A stretch of 64,000 bases of DNA from the NCBI GenBank assembly GCA_964545715.1, contig CAZJHX010000039.1, positions 4,204-68,203 on the forward strand, in the 5' to 3' direction. The stretch is from an uncultured Myxococcales bacterium. Lineage in GTDB: Bacteria; Myxococcota_A; UBA9042; GCA-2863065. The translations under genes and the position numbers were made by a program. The notes under the pieces are model-generated. The model was given only the letters and a program-made list of their open reading frames with translations. It was not told the DNA's origin and did not search any database. Shown piece after piece: positions 9,582 to 24,085 of this stretch. Position 1 is the stretch's first letter. Every line of letters starts with the position of its first letter.

Positions 9582-10771
9582 GAGCCGCGTGTGCAGCTGC
9601 GATCGCCGCGATAGCGTGCAGCGACCCCGTCACCGTCGTCTCGGACAACGGCCTGCTGGCCCCTCCACCTGTCGAGCGAGGATCCCAGATCTCGATGACG
9701 GCAGCGCTGGAGGCGGGCCAGGAGGTCTCCTGGTGCCGATACGTCCTGCCGGGCGCCGGAACTCCGGACGGCATCGACGTTGCGCGCATGGAGCACGCGA
9801 CCGGCGGAGCCCTGTCACATCACGTGATCTGGTACCAGATGGCCCAAACGCCCGAGTCGGTCGCGGACAACATGGCGCCCTTTCGGTGCGACGGCGGCAT
9901 TCACCTGCTGAAGGCCGGGGTCCTGTATGCCCCACCCTCCGGCGCCGGTGAGCTGACCTGGCCTGAAAACGTCGCCGCCCATCTGGCGCCGGACGCGGTC
10001 ACGTTGCTGGAGTGGCACGTCATCAACCCCACGCCGAACCCGGTCCGGGCTGAGCTGCGCGTCAATCTGTGGCGCTCAGCCCACCCCCGTCCGATCCCGG
10101 CGGGGACGTTGCTGTTCTACGACTACTTTGTGCATCTGCCGGCGGCGTCAAAGAGCACGGCGCGCATGCGCTGCCGGGTGACGGACGACGTGACGCTGAT
10201 GTGGGCATCCTCGCATATGCACGAGCGCGGCACGGCGTTTACCTCACGACTGCTCACGCGCTTTGGCGCCCCGATCAGGGACCTGTTTTCGGCCGACCGC
10301 TGGGACCCGGACCCGCTGTGGTTTCCGCGTGGCGTGACGTTGGAGCGGGGCCAGTGGGTCGAGTTCGAGTGCGCCTACAACAACCCCGACGACTTCGACG
10401 TCATCGAAGGGGCGGGCGCCGACGACGAGATGTGCATGTTCGTGGGCGGCTACTACCCCAAGATCACCACGCCGTTTGGCGAGAACTGCATCTACGCAGA
10501 CGGCTCGGGCCCGATCTTCGACGGCGCCAACACCTGCGAGCAGTCCCTGGATTGCCTGCGTCAGGCCGACTCCGCCGTCGCCGCCAAAGCCTGCTGGAAC
10601 GCGACCGTGGAGGAGGCCTCCAGCGCCCTGGTCGACGTGGCTTTCGTCTGCGCGGCAGCTCAGTGCCATCCGGTGTGCGACGCCGACTCGGACTCCGCGA
10701 TCACCCCCCAGTGTTTCGATTGCCTGATGCAACAGTGTACGGACGAGCTTGGGGTGTGCTACGACCCTTAA
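9578..10771 (+). CDS. Lipoprotein with a copper type-II ascorbate-dependent monooxygenase-like (PHM/DBH-like) domain and a Cys-rich C-terminal tail
   Basis: The GTG start overlaps the upstream TGA (GTGA). The signal is VRAACAAAIAAIACSD. The motif order and spacing match the CuH/CuM sites of PHM: HH, then about 65 aa to H (EWHVI), about 75 aa to HMH (SSHMHERG), about 75 aa to M (EMCMFVGGYYP). The tail carries 9 Cys. Confidence 0.5.
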   Translation: MRAACAAAIAAIACSDPVTVVSDNGLLAPPPVERGSQISMTAALEAGQEVSWCRYVLPGAGTPDGIDVARMEHATGGALSHHVIWYQMAQTPESVADNMAPFRCDGGIHLLKAGVLYAPPSGAGELTWPENVAAHLAPDAVTLLEWHVINPTPNPVRAELRVNLWRSAHPRPIPAGTLLFYDYFVHLPAASKSTARMRCRVTDDVTLMWASSHMHERGTAFTSRLLTRFGAPIRDLFSADRWDPDPLWFPRGVTLERGQWVEFECAYNNPDDFDVIEGAGADDEMCMFVGGYYPKITTPFGENCIYADGSGPIFDGANTCEQSLDCLRQADSAVAAKACWNATVEEASSALVDVAFVCAAAQCHPVCDADSDSAITPQCFDCLMQQCTDELGVCYDP

Positions 10772-10776
10772 GTAAG

Positions 10777-11253
10777 ATGCAACGGTATCTCCTGATCGCC
10801 GTCGGTCTCATCGTGGTCGCCTGGTTCTTCTGGCCCAAGAAGAAGCAGCTGCCGCCCGAGGCCGCCGTCAGCGCTGCCATCGACGAGATGATCGCGGCCG
10901 CCGAAGGCAAGAGAGCCAAGCCGATCATCGCGCGGCTGTCCAAGTCCTTCAAAGGCGACGGCATGAGCCGCGACCAAGCGAAAGCCGCCATCGTCATGCA
11001 CCTGCAGCGCGGCTCCTGGAGCAAGGTCTTCATCGTCGCGCAAGACGTCGCCGCCGTCGGCCAAACGCAGGTGAACGTGCGGCTCAAGGCGGTGCTGGCG
11101 CGCGGCGGCAACGTCAAGACACTTGCGGATATCGCGCCCGAGTCGGCGGGCGCCTTCCAGTTCACTCTCACCTGGGAGCTGGAAGACGACGACATATGGC
11201 GGATCGTGGCCGGCGCGTACTCCCGCGTCGATGTACGGGGGTTATTGCCCTGA
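10777..11253 (+). CDS. Small membrane-anchored hypothetical protein (158 aa)
   Basis: The ATG lies 6 nt after the upstream stop. An N-terminal TM helix reads MQRYLLIAVGLIVVAWFFWPKKK. No recognisable domain. Confidence 0.45.
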   Translation: MQRYLLIAVGLIVVAWFFWPKKKQLPPEAAVSAAIDEMIAAAEGKRAKPIIARLSKSFKGDGMSRDQAKAAIVMHLQRGSWSKVFIVAQDVAAVGQTQVNVRLKAVLARGGNVKTLADIAPESAGAFQFTLTWELEDDDIWRIVAGAYSRVDVRGLLP

Positions 11254-11254
11254 C

Positions 11255-12121
11255 GTGAAGGCAGCGCTCATTGGTGTCGACTGGGGCATGACGTCTTTTC
11301 AAGCGATGCGGTTGGACCGCGACGGGATCATACTGGACCACATGGAAACCGGCGACGGCGTGCTGTGTGTGACGCCCGGGGAGTTTCCAGCGCGCCTTGA
11401 TGCGCTGATCGGCCCGTGGCTGAAAGATGCGCCGTTCACGCCGGTCGTCATCAGCGGCATGGCTGGCGGCAGGGACGGGTGGCTCGACACCGGCTACCTC
11501 GACTGCCCGCTGCCGCTGAGGACGGTGCGCGGCCACATGATGACGGCGCCGCAGCGCGGGGTCTACATCGTCCCCGGGCTGCGCGTGTCCGGCGATCGAC
11601 TGCGCGCACCGGACGTCATGCGCGGCGAAGTGACCCGCCTACTCGGCCTCGACGCACCGGACTCCGCCTGCGTCTGTTTGCCGGGCCTTCACAGCAAGTG
11701 GGTGTGGCTCAAAGGGGAGCAGGTGCACCGCTTCTCGACCGCCGTCACAGGCGAGGTCTTCAACGCCCTGCGGCCGAGGGGGGAAGACGGCCCAATCGAC
11801 CGCCAAACCCTGGACACGAACGCGTTCGACAGCGGCGTCGCGGCCTCAGGCAAACGCGGCGGATTGTTGCACCAACTGTTTGCCGGTCAGACGCTCCCTG
11901 AGGCCGGCAAGCTGTCCAACGACAACGTCGGCGCGTACCTCTACGGCCTGCTCGTCGGGCACGAAATACGCGGACTGGCGCCACGTGGCGCGATCATCCT
12001 GGTCGGCGAGCCGGCCACCACGCAGCTATATGCGCGCGCCCTGACGAGCCTGGGACGAAAACCAACCGAGGTCGACGGGGTGGAGGCAGCCGCCCGAGGT
12101 CTTGCGAGAATGCTGCGCTAG
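11255..12121 (+). CDS. dgoK: 2-dehydro-3-deoxygalactonokinase family protein (DgoK-like)
   Basis: Motifs align with DgoK along the whole length: IGVDWGMTSFQA (IAIDWGSTNLRAW in E. coli), VVISGMAGGRDGW, VPGL...VMRGEVTRLLG, PGLHSKWV, TAVTGEV. The GTG start is 2 nt after the upstream stop; an alternative ATG at 11231 would overlap it. Confidence 0.75.
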   Translation: MKAALIGVDWGMTSFQAMRLDRDGIILDHMETGDGVLCVTPGEFPARLDALIGPWLKDAPFTPVVISGMAGGRDGWLDTGYLDCPLPLRTVRGHMMTAPQRGVYIVPGLRVSGDRLRAPDVMRGEVTRLLGLDAPDSACVCLPGLHSKWVWLKGEQVHRFSTAVTGEVFNALRPRGEDGPIDRQTLDTNAFDSGVAASGKRGGLLHQLFAGQTLPEAGKLSNDNVGAYLYGLLVGHEIRGLAPRGAIILVGEPATTQLYARALTSLGRKPTEVDGVEAAARGLARMLR

Positions 12122-12128
12122 CCAGCAG

Positions 12129-13841
12129 CTACGGGTTGTAGCGGAACAGGAACGGCCACTGGATGACGCACAGGCCGTTCTCCGGCCTGGGGAATCGCAG
12201 ACGCCGGATCGCGCGCATCACGCAGCCCTCCAGCGCGCCGTGGCGGAGTGTGCCGCCGATCACGTTGGCGGCGGACACCCGGCCGTCCAGACCGATCGTC
12301 CAGCGCGCAGTCATGCGTCCACCCTTGGTAAAGCCAACCATCAGCTGGCGCTCGTAGCAGGCGCGGATGGACGCCGATGCGCGCCGAACGGTGCGACGGA
12401 TATCGCCCTTCTTGCACCCGGTGGTCGTGGTCCCGGTGCCGATCTTGATGCGACGCACGCGCCGCATGTCCTTGCGACCCGGACGCACCTTCACGCCGGT
12501 GCCGTCGCCCGGTCCGGCGATCGGACCGCCGATCTCTTGAAACACGCCGTACGTGTCGCCGCCGGTACCCAGCCCGCGCGTGCTGAAGCCGCGCACGCCG
12601 CCCCCAAATGCGACCTCATCGCCGCGCACGCCGGCCATGGCCGTGGTGATCTTGTTACCGATAGTGCGGTTCTGATCCAGCACCGCCAGCGACTTCGTCA
12701 CCCCTTGGAACCGCAGCGTGTTGATCACCCCGACCAGGCCCACATCCTCGACTTTCTTGGGTCGCGGCCGCGGCGTCGGGTCCGGCTCCGGCGTCGTCTG
12801 CAGCTTGGTCATGTCATCGTCGGGCTCGCCGACGCGCCCGGGGTCGACGACCGGCGCCACGCTGACGTCCTCGGCCGCCCCCTCATCGCTGTCGGTCTGG
12901 GGCTCCTCGATCTCCTCGGGCACCTCCTCGATGATGTAGCTGATGTCGATGTCGAGGTCGCGAAACATCATCGAGTTGCGCTTCACGGAGTCGACCTCCT
13001 CCCAGAGGAACAGCGCCGCCAAGATCACGGACAAGTGGACCAGGCCGCTGACGGCTCCTGCCGCGAACGCGTTGCTGTCGACACCCATCAGCGGGTGCGC
13101 GCCGGGGACGCGCTCGGGCGCCACAAACTGGAAGAACAGCGCCGTCGCGCCCGCGTGCACCAGCCCCCAGTCGGTGTTCTGCAGCGGCACGCGGGTGATG
13201 CCGTCCGCGTCCACGCCCAGGACGTCCCGCCACTCGGCGATAGAGCGCTCCTGACCGTCGATGCGCGCCCGACCGCCCATGTCGCCGTCGACATGAAGCG
13301 TGTACCGCCCGCTACGATGCGCCTTCAGAATCGGCGTCGGATCGTCCGACGTCAGCCCCACATCGCGTGGCTCGGCGTAGATCGTCTCCCGAAGAATGCT
13401 GCCGTTCCAGACCGTGGCCACGCGCAGCGGCCGTGCGCCGCCGAAGAGCACCGCGTCCTGCGCAAAGACGTGCAGCGCCCCGACCAGAATGAGTGAAGCC
13501 CCCGCCTCCAGCAGCAAGAAGCCCGTCGAGGGCGACAGTGACCACGCATCGGGCAGACCGATCTCCGCCGCCGCTCCAAACCAGGCCCACGCCGCCGCTC
13601 CACCCAGGAGCAGCGCGCTGACCGACTGACTGATCACCAGCGCCCGTCGCTTGAAGACGACCGCCGCCACCGTGCCGAGCATCGCCATCAGCGCGATGAC
13701 CGCGGCCGCACGCCCCGGGTCCAGATCGCGCCCGTTCACATGCTCGCCGACCGGCGAAATCAAAAACCAGGGCTCAAAAAAGACCCCAAAGAGCACCAAC
13801 ACAGCGCCCGCCAGCGCCAGGGCATATCCCGCGTACCGCAT
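12129..13841 (-). CDS. AgmX/PglI C-terminal domain-containing membrane protein
   Basis: Several N-terminal TM helices. An acidic, Pro-rich linker follows. The C-terminal roughly 100 aa (CKKGDIRRTVRRASASIRACYERQL...GCVMRAIRRLRFPRPENGLCVIQWPFLF) matches the AgmX/PglI C-terminal fold seen in myxobacterial gliding-motility proteins. Confidence 0.65.
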   Translation of the reverse strand: MRYAGYALALAGAVLVLFGVFFEPWFLISPVGEHVNGRDLDPGRAAAVIALMAMLGTVAAVVFKRRALVISQSVSALLLGGAAAWAWFGAAAEIGLPDAWSLSPSTGFLLLEAGASLILVGALHVFAQDAVLFGGARPLRVATVWNGSILRETIYAEPRDVGLTSDDPTPILKAHRSGRYTLHVDGDMGGRARIDGQERSIAEWRDVLGVDADGITRVPLQNTDWGLVHAGATALFFQFVAPERVPGAHPLMGVDSNAFAAGAVSGLVHLSVILAALFLWEEVDSVKRNSMMFRDLDIDISYIIEEVPEEIEEPQTDSDEGAAEDVSVAPVVDPGRVGEPDDDMTKLQTTPEPDPTPRPRPKKVEDVGLVGVINTLRFQGVTKSLAVLDQNRTIGNKITTAMAGVRGDEVAFGGGVRGFSTRGLGTGGDTYGVFQEIGGPIAGPGDGTGVKVRPGRKDMRRVRRIKIGTGTTTTGCKKGDIRRTVRRASASIRACYERQLMVGFTKGGRMTARWTIGLDGRVSAANVIGGTLRHGALEGCVMRAIRRLRFPRPENGLCVIQWPFLFRYNP

Positions 13842-13944
13842 GAACTTCCTCCTCCACTTGTACTGTCAGCTTCCGCTAAAGAGAACAGACACTCGGTTTC
13901 TGGGAAGGTTCCGAACCCGTCAGAAAAAGTTATGCTCGACCGCG

Positions 13945-15237
13945 TTGGAGGATCTGCTCGCCGCCCGGTCTCAGATGGCCATGTCCCTCGCATTCCACAT
14001 CGTCTTCGCGGTGGTGGGCATCGGTATGCCGTTGCTCATGGTCATCGCCGAGGGCATGTGGCTGCGCACCCGAGAGGCGGTCTGGCTGGATCTGGCCAAG
14101 CGATGGTCCAAGGGCACCGCCATCATGTTTGCCGTCGGCGCTGTCTCCGGCACGGTCCTCTCCTTTGAGCTGGGCCTGCTATGGCCGGAGTTCATGGCCT
14201 TTGCCGGCCCCATCATCGGCATGCCGTTCTCCCTGGAAGGCTTTGCCTTCTTCCTGGAGGCGATCTTCCTGGGCATCTATCTGTACGGATGGGACCGCGT
14301 ACCTGAGCGCATGCATTGGTTCGCCGGCGTCATGGTCATGATCAGCGGCACCCTCAGCGGCATCTTTGTGGTGTGCGCCAACGCCTGGATGAACACGCCG
14401 ACCGGCTTCACATTGGAGGACGGCAAGCTGGTCCACGTGGACGTGTGGGCCGCCATGTTCAACCCCGCCTCATTCTCGACGGCCCTGCACATGACGCTGG
14501 CGTCGTTTGTCGCCATCGGGTTCGCCGTCGCCGGTATTCACGCGTGGCGGCTGCGCACCGACCCCGAAAGCGAGTTTCACCGGCGCGCGTTCGGCGTTGC
14601 CCTTGCCGTGGGCGCGGTCTTCTCCCTTCTACAGCCGCTCAGCGGCCACATCAGCGCGCAGCACGTCGCCGAGCACCAGCCGGTCAAGCTGGCCGCCATG
14701 AAAGCCCACTGGGAGACCGAGCGCGGCGCGGCCTATCGCATCGGCGGCTGGCCGGACGTCAACGCAGAGAAGACCACCCACGCCATCGAGATCCCCAAGC
14801 TGCTGAGCCTGCTCTCATTCAACGATCCCAACGCCGAAGTCCGAGGGCTCAAGGCCTTCCCAAAAGACGAGCGCCCCAACGTACCGGTCGTGCATTTCGC
14901 GTTTCAGCTCATGGTCGCCTGCGGCGTCGCCATGGCCGGCGCCGGTCTCCTCGGGCTTCTTCTGTGGTGGCGTCGTAAGCGTGTCCCGGTATCGCGACCA
15001 TTTCTCAACCTGATCGTGGCGTGCGCTCCCATGGGCATCATCGCCATCCAGGCCGGTTGGGTCGTGACCGAGGTGGGCCGCCAGCCGTGGATCATCCACA
15101 ACATCATGCGCACCGCCGACGCGGTCACCCCCATGCCCGGCCTCATCATCCCGTTTCTGGCGATGAGCGCGCTATATCTCATCCTGGGCGTGGTCGCCGT
15201 CGTCCTCGTGCGCCGCCACGTGTTCGCCGCGCCATGA
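13945..15237 (+). CDS. cydA: Cytochrome bd ubiquinol oxidase subunit I
   Basis: A TTG start gives MEDLLAARSQMAMSLAFHIVFAVVGIGMPLLM, which aligns to E. coli CydA [29 protein letters not shown]. Multiple TM helices and the GWxxxExGRQPW-like motif (GWVVTEVGRQPWIIHN) are present. An alternative ATG lies at 13975. Confidence 0.85.
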   Translation: MEDLLAARSQMAMSLAFHIVFAVVGIGMPLLMVIAEGMWLRTREAVWLDLAKRWSKGTAIMFAVGAVSGTVLSFELGLLWPEFMAFAGPIIGMPFSLEGFAFFLEAIFLGIYLYGWDRVPERMHWFAGVMVMISGTLSGIFVVCANAWMNTPTGFTLEDGKLVHVDVWAAMFNPASFSTALHMTLASFVAIGFAVAGIHAWRLRTDPESEFHRRAFGVALAVGAVFSLLQPLSGHISAQHVAEHQPVKLAAMKAHWETERGAAYRIGGWPDVNAEKTTHAIEIPKLLSLLSFNDPNAEVRGLKAFPKDERPNVPVVHFAFQLMVACGVAMAGAGLLGLLLWWRRKRVPVSRPFLNLIVACAPMGIIAIQAGWVVTEVGRQPWIIHNIMRTADAVTPMPGLIIPFLAMSALYLILGVVAVVLVRRHVFAAP

Positions 15238-16201
15238 CGCCCGCCGTCTGGATCGCCGTCGCCATGCTGGCATCGCTGGGGGCCTACACCATCACGGGCG
15301 GCGCCGACTTCGGCGGCGGGGTCTGGGATCTGCTCGCACGCGGCCCCCGCGCCGACGCCCAGCGCGCCACCATCGCCAAGGCCATCGCGCCCATCTGGGA
15401 GGCCAACCACGTCTGGCTCATCATCGTGGTCGTGCTGCTGTTCGTCTGCTTCCCGGTCCCGTTCGCCGCCATCTCGACATCCCTGCACATCCCGATGCTG
15501 CTCATGCTCATCGGCATCGTGCTGCGTGGCGCCGCCTTCACTTTTCGCGCCTACGGCCGGCCCAGCCCCGATGAGGTCATCCTCTTCTCACGCCTGTTCG
15601 CCGTCACCAGCCTGCTGACCCCTCTGATGCTCGGCATCGTGCTGGGCGCGGTCGCCCGCGGCGTTCCAGTCGACCCGGTAACAGGACGCGCCACCACCAA
15701 CTTTGTCGACGCCTGGTGGGCGCCCTTCCCCGTCGCCGTCGGCGTGTTCGTGCTGATCCTCTTCGCCTTTCTGGCCGCCGTCTACCTGATCTTGGAGACC
15801 GACGATACAGCCCTTCAAGACGACTTCAGAGCGCGCGCGCTCGGGTCAGGAGTCGCGCTGGCGGCCGCGGCGCTGGTGGCCTTCTTGTTGGCAGGCGGCG
15901 CCGCGCCCGCTCATCCGGCGTTCCACATTCTGACCGGCGCGGCCGCAGTCGGCGCTTTGGCTGCGCTGTGGACACGCCGGTACGCCGTCGCACGCATCCT
16001 CGCGATCGGCCAGGCTACGCTCATCGTCGTCGGCTTCGGCGCCACCCAATACCCCTACATTCTGCCGCCGCACCTGGAGATCGCCGCATGGGCGGCCCCG
16101 GACTCTGTTCTGAGCCCGGTCCTGACCGCTCTGGCGGCGGGAATCGTTGTACTGGTGCCCAGCTTCTGGTACCTGTACGCCGTATTCAAGGGAGCCCGGA
16201 C

Positions 16202-16205
<4 letters not shown>
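15234..16205 (+). CDS. cydB: Cytochrome bd ubiquinol oxidase subunit II
   Basis: ATGA start/stop overlap with cydA. The translation MTPAVWIAVAMLASLGAYTITGGADFGGGVWDLL...IWEANHVWLI is typical of CydB. Confidence 0.85.
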
Positions 16206-17680
<1,475 letters not shown>

Positions 17681-17694
17681 GATCCGACCTGTTG

Positions 17695-17710
17695 AAAGTG
17701 TCTCACTTTT
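17695..17710 (+). terminator. Weak hairpin plus short T-run after the VWA gene
   Basis: AAAGTG tct CACTTT followed by TTAAAC. The stem is 6 bp and AT-rich, and there are only 4 T residues. Confidence 0.2.
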
Positions 17711-17817
17711 AAACACAAGTTCGGCGTTCACGCACCGCCCGATCTAGTGTTTTCACCGGCTTACCCGAGGGCACGGTTTTTGCTCACCTCCTCCACAGCT
17801 GACAGTCGGAGGTGGAG

Positions 17818-18300
17818 ATGAGTGCAGTACCCACGCCCATGGGCGGATCGAAGAAGGCGGAGGCCGCGCGCCTCAATCAACTCGGCGAAGACGCCATGGC
17901 GCTGCAGCGATACCGACTAGCCGAACGCTACTTCGTGGACGCGTACAACGTTGACCGCGAGGAGCCCCTCTACGAGCTGAACCTGGGACGAGCGATTCAA
18001 CACAGCCCCAAACGCCCGCTGGCGATGCGCCTGCGGATGGCGCGCGTTCATCTGGAGCTGGCGGTGAAGCGTGGGCCTGACGATGCAGACGCGAGGCTGC
18101 ACCTGGCCGGCTGCCTGGAGGAGAGCGGCGACCTCAAGGCCGCCCGAAAGCACCTGGAGAAGGCGATAGAGCTCAAGCCCTACTTCCCTGAAGCACAGAC
18201 GATGCTGAACGAGCTGGGGAAAGCGAAGCGTGCGCGGAAAGCGCGGACCACAAACGACACGGCGCCCTTCGGATGGCTCTTCGGGTGGTTGAAGAGCTGA
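17818..18300 (+). CDS. TPR-repeat protein
   Basis: GGAGGTGGAG lies directly upstream of ATG 17818. TPR-like helices are present (ALQRYRLAERYFVDAY; ARLHLAGCLEESGDLKAARKHLEKAIELKP). Confidence 0.5.
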   Translation: MSAVPTPMGGSKKAEAARLNQLGEDAMALQRYRLAERYFVDAYNVDREEPLYELNLGRAIQHSPKRPLAMRLRMARVHLELAVKRGPDDADARLHLAGCLEESGDLKAARKHLEKAIELKPYFPEAQTMLNELGKAKRARKARTTNDTAPFGWLFGWLKS

Positions 18301-18322
18301 GCGCCGGTCGCGGCTCGGTGCG

Positions 18323-22225
<3,903 letters not shown>

Positions 22226-22357
22226 GTTGTCAGATTAGTAAATTCCCCAATGTTTCCAGTGACTTATTGCGCCGCAGAATGGGGGACAGTGACCCCAAAA
22301 ATCGCACCCCAGCCTCTCAGTGCAGCGTTTTTGCCGCTCGAACGGGTCGATCTTTCT

Positions 22358-22399
22358 GAAAACACGAAAAACGGGGTGGGGTTCGAAGACCCCCCACCC
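22358..22399 (-). terminator. GC-rich hairpin followed by a U-tract on the minus strand, inside a divergent intergenic region
   Basis: Plus strand reads gaaaacacgaaaaac GGGGTGGGG ttcgaagac CCCCCACCC. On the minus strand this is a 9-bp GC stem followed by TTTTTCGTGTTTTC. Confidence 0.25.
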
Positions 22400-22435
22400 A
22401 AAATACTGCGTCAAAGCCTGCTACTATTCGTGACC

Positions 22436-23272
22436 ATGCGAGCCCGCAAGACACGTTTCAAGGATCGGATCGCGCTGGTCACCGGCGCAGCCTCCGGCAT
22501 TGGATTGGCCCTCTCCGAGCAGCTGTCCGCAGAAGGCGCGACGGTTGTGATGACCGACATCAACGCCGAGCTCTGCGCCTCCGCCGCGCATCGGATCACC
22601 GGCGCGGAGTCCGTGGGGCTGGACGTCACCGACGCCGGCGCCGTACAAGCGGCGGTAGACGATGTGGTCGCTCGGCATGGGCGGCTGGACCTCATCTTCA
22701 ACAACGCCGGCATCGCCACGGCGGGCGAGGTCCGGCACATGACGTTGGATCAGTGGCGCACGATCTTCGACGTCAACGTGAACGGCGTGATCCACGGCAT
22801 CCAGGCGGCCTATCCGCATATGCTGCGGCAGGGCAGCGGGCACATCGTGAACACGGCGTCGATGGCCGGCCTGGTTCCAGCCCCCGGTCTGACGGCCTAT
22901 GCCGGCACAAAACACGCGGTGGCGGGCATCTCAACGTCGCTGCGGTTGGAAGCGGCGCAACTTGGGGTTCGGGTCAGCGCCGTCTGCCCCGGCTTGATCC
23001 GGACCAACCTGCTGCGCACCGCCACGCTCATCAATGAAGAGGGGCTGGATGTTGAGCGCGACGAGCTGTGGGACCTGCTGCCCACGGGCCCGGCGACGCC
23101 TGACTTCTGCGCGACGGAGATCCTGAACGGTGTGGTGAAGAATCGGGCGCTGATCGTGATTACGCCGTTTGCGAAGACGATGTGGAGAATGTACCGGACG
23201 TCGCCTGAAGTGATGCTGACCCTGACCAAAGGACTGTTTGGAAGAATCTGGAGTCGGGTCGTAGCGCACTGA
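22436..23272 (+). CDS. Short-chain dehydrogenase/reductase (SDR) family oxidoreductase
   Basis: Contains TGAASGIGLA (Rossmann motif), NNAG, and the catalytic Y-x3-K (YAGTKHAV). I start at the internal ATG at 22436 (MRARKTRFKDRIALVTGAASGIG). Confidence 0.8.
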   Translation: MRARKTRFKDRIALVTGAASGIGLALSEQLSAEGATVVMTDINAELCASAAHRITGAESVGLDVTDAGAVQAAVDDVVARHGRLDLIFNNAGIATAGEVRHMTLDQWRTIFDVNVNGVIHGIQAAYPHMLRQGSGHIVNTASMAGLVPAPGLTAYAGTKHAVAGISTSLRLEAAQLGVRVSAVCPGLIRTNLLRTATLINEEGLDVERDELWDLLPTGPATPDFCATEILNGVVKNRALIVITPFAKTMWRMYRTSPEVMLTLTKGLFGRIWSRVVAH

Positions 23273-23302
23273 GGCGCGACTGTGGCGGGGGCGTGTGGGG
23301 GC

Positions 23303-23881
23303 TTAGGCTGCCCAGCGCTCGTCTTCGGCCAGGGCGGCGTCGAGCTCGGCGTCGGTGACCACGAACGGGGTCTGCGCGACGACGGGCATCGGGCGGCTGG
23401 TGACGGGCGTTGCCACAGGCTGACGACCCGCGATGACGGGCTCATCGACGGTCGGGAAGCCGCGCATGGTCCAGGCAGCGCGATCGACGGCCTCGGCCAC
23501 CTGACGGGCGGGGGCGGCGGCGCCGATGACGGCGAACGCGGACTCCTCGAGGCCGTTCAGCGGCGCGTCGTCGGTGTAGTAACCGGGGATGTAGACGAGC
23601 GGGTAGGCGCCCACAAGGTGGCTGACGCGCTCGTAGATGGTGCGCTCGTCGGCGTCCGGCTGGTCGCCGTTCAGGACAACGATGCCCTTCCAGCCCAGGT
23701 CCAGCACGTCGATGGCCTCGCCGGCGGTGCGGCAGATGAAGAGCTCGTACCCGAGCTGGTTCAGGCGGTCCTCGATGCGCTCGGACAGGGTCGGGTCATT
23801 CTCGATGACCATGACGCGGTTTGCAAAGCGGCTCATCCGGTAGTCGCGGGACTCAGTGTTGAAGTTTTTGATGCCGTTCAT
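23303..23881 (-). CDS. Atypical response-regulator receiver-like domain protein
   Basis: Strong SD: AGGAGG 7 nt before ATG 23881. The translation MNGIKNF...RVMVIENDPTLSERIEDRLNQLGYELFICRTAGEAIDVLD...IVVLNGDQPDAD has a CheY-like alpha/beta layout but no clear DD pair. The C-terminal half is Ala/Pro-rich. Confidence 0.5.
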   Translation of the reverse strand: MNGIKNFNTESRDYRMSRFANRVMVIENDPTLSERIEDRLNQLGYELFICRTAGEAIDVLDLGWKGIVVLNGDQPDADERTIYERVSHLVGAYPLVYIPGYYTDDAPLNGLEESAFAVIGAAAPARQVAEAVDRAAWTMRGFPTVDEPVIAGRQPVATPVTSRPMPVVAQTPFVVTDAELDAALAEDERWAA

Positions 23882-23975
23882 TTCGATTCCTCCTGGCCTG
23901 GAGTAGGAGCAAGTTGCGGGCCAACTTTTGCCATGGGTCAAAAAAGACCCACATTGCCGCGCAGTACCCTTGTTT

Positions 23976-24020
23976 TCATGACGGCTGTACACTTTACGGC
24001 GGCGTCATGAAAACTGTACA
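23976..24020. promoter_or_regulatory. Tandem operator-like direct repeat [TCATGA-N4-TGTACA] x2, 29-bp period, upstream of the receiver-like gene
   Basis: ttTCATGAcggcTGTACActttacggcggcgTCATGAaaacTGTACAgcg. Each half-site is itself palindromic. The region lies in a 200-bp lower-GC intergenic stretch, 95-140 bp upstream of ATG 23881. Confidence 0.35.
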
Positions 24021-24085
24021 GCGACGTTACGTATGTACTATTTTGAACTGTCCAAGAAGGTGTGGGCGGATGCCCGGGGGGGCGC

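Noticed and set aside
13651-13944. Upstream extension of cydA from the ORF-track start at 13651
   Set aside because: It overlaps the divergent AgmX/PglI-C gene's 5' end. The alignment to CydA N-termini begins at TTG 13945.
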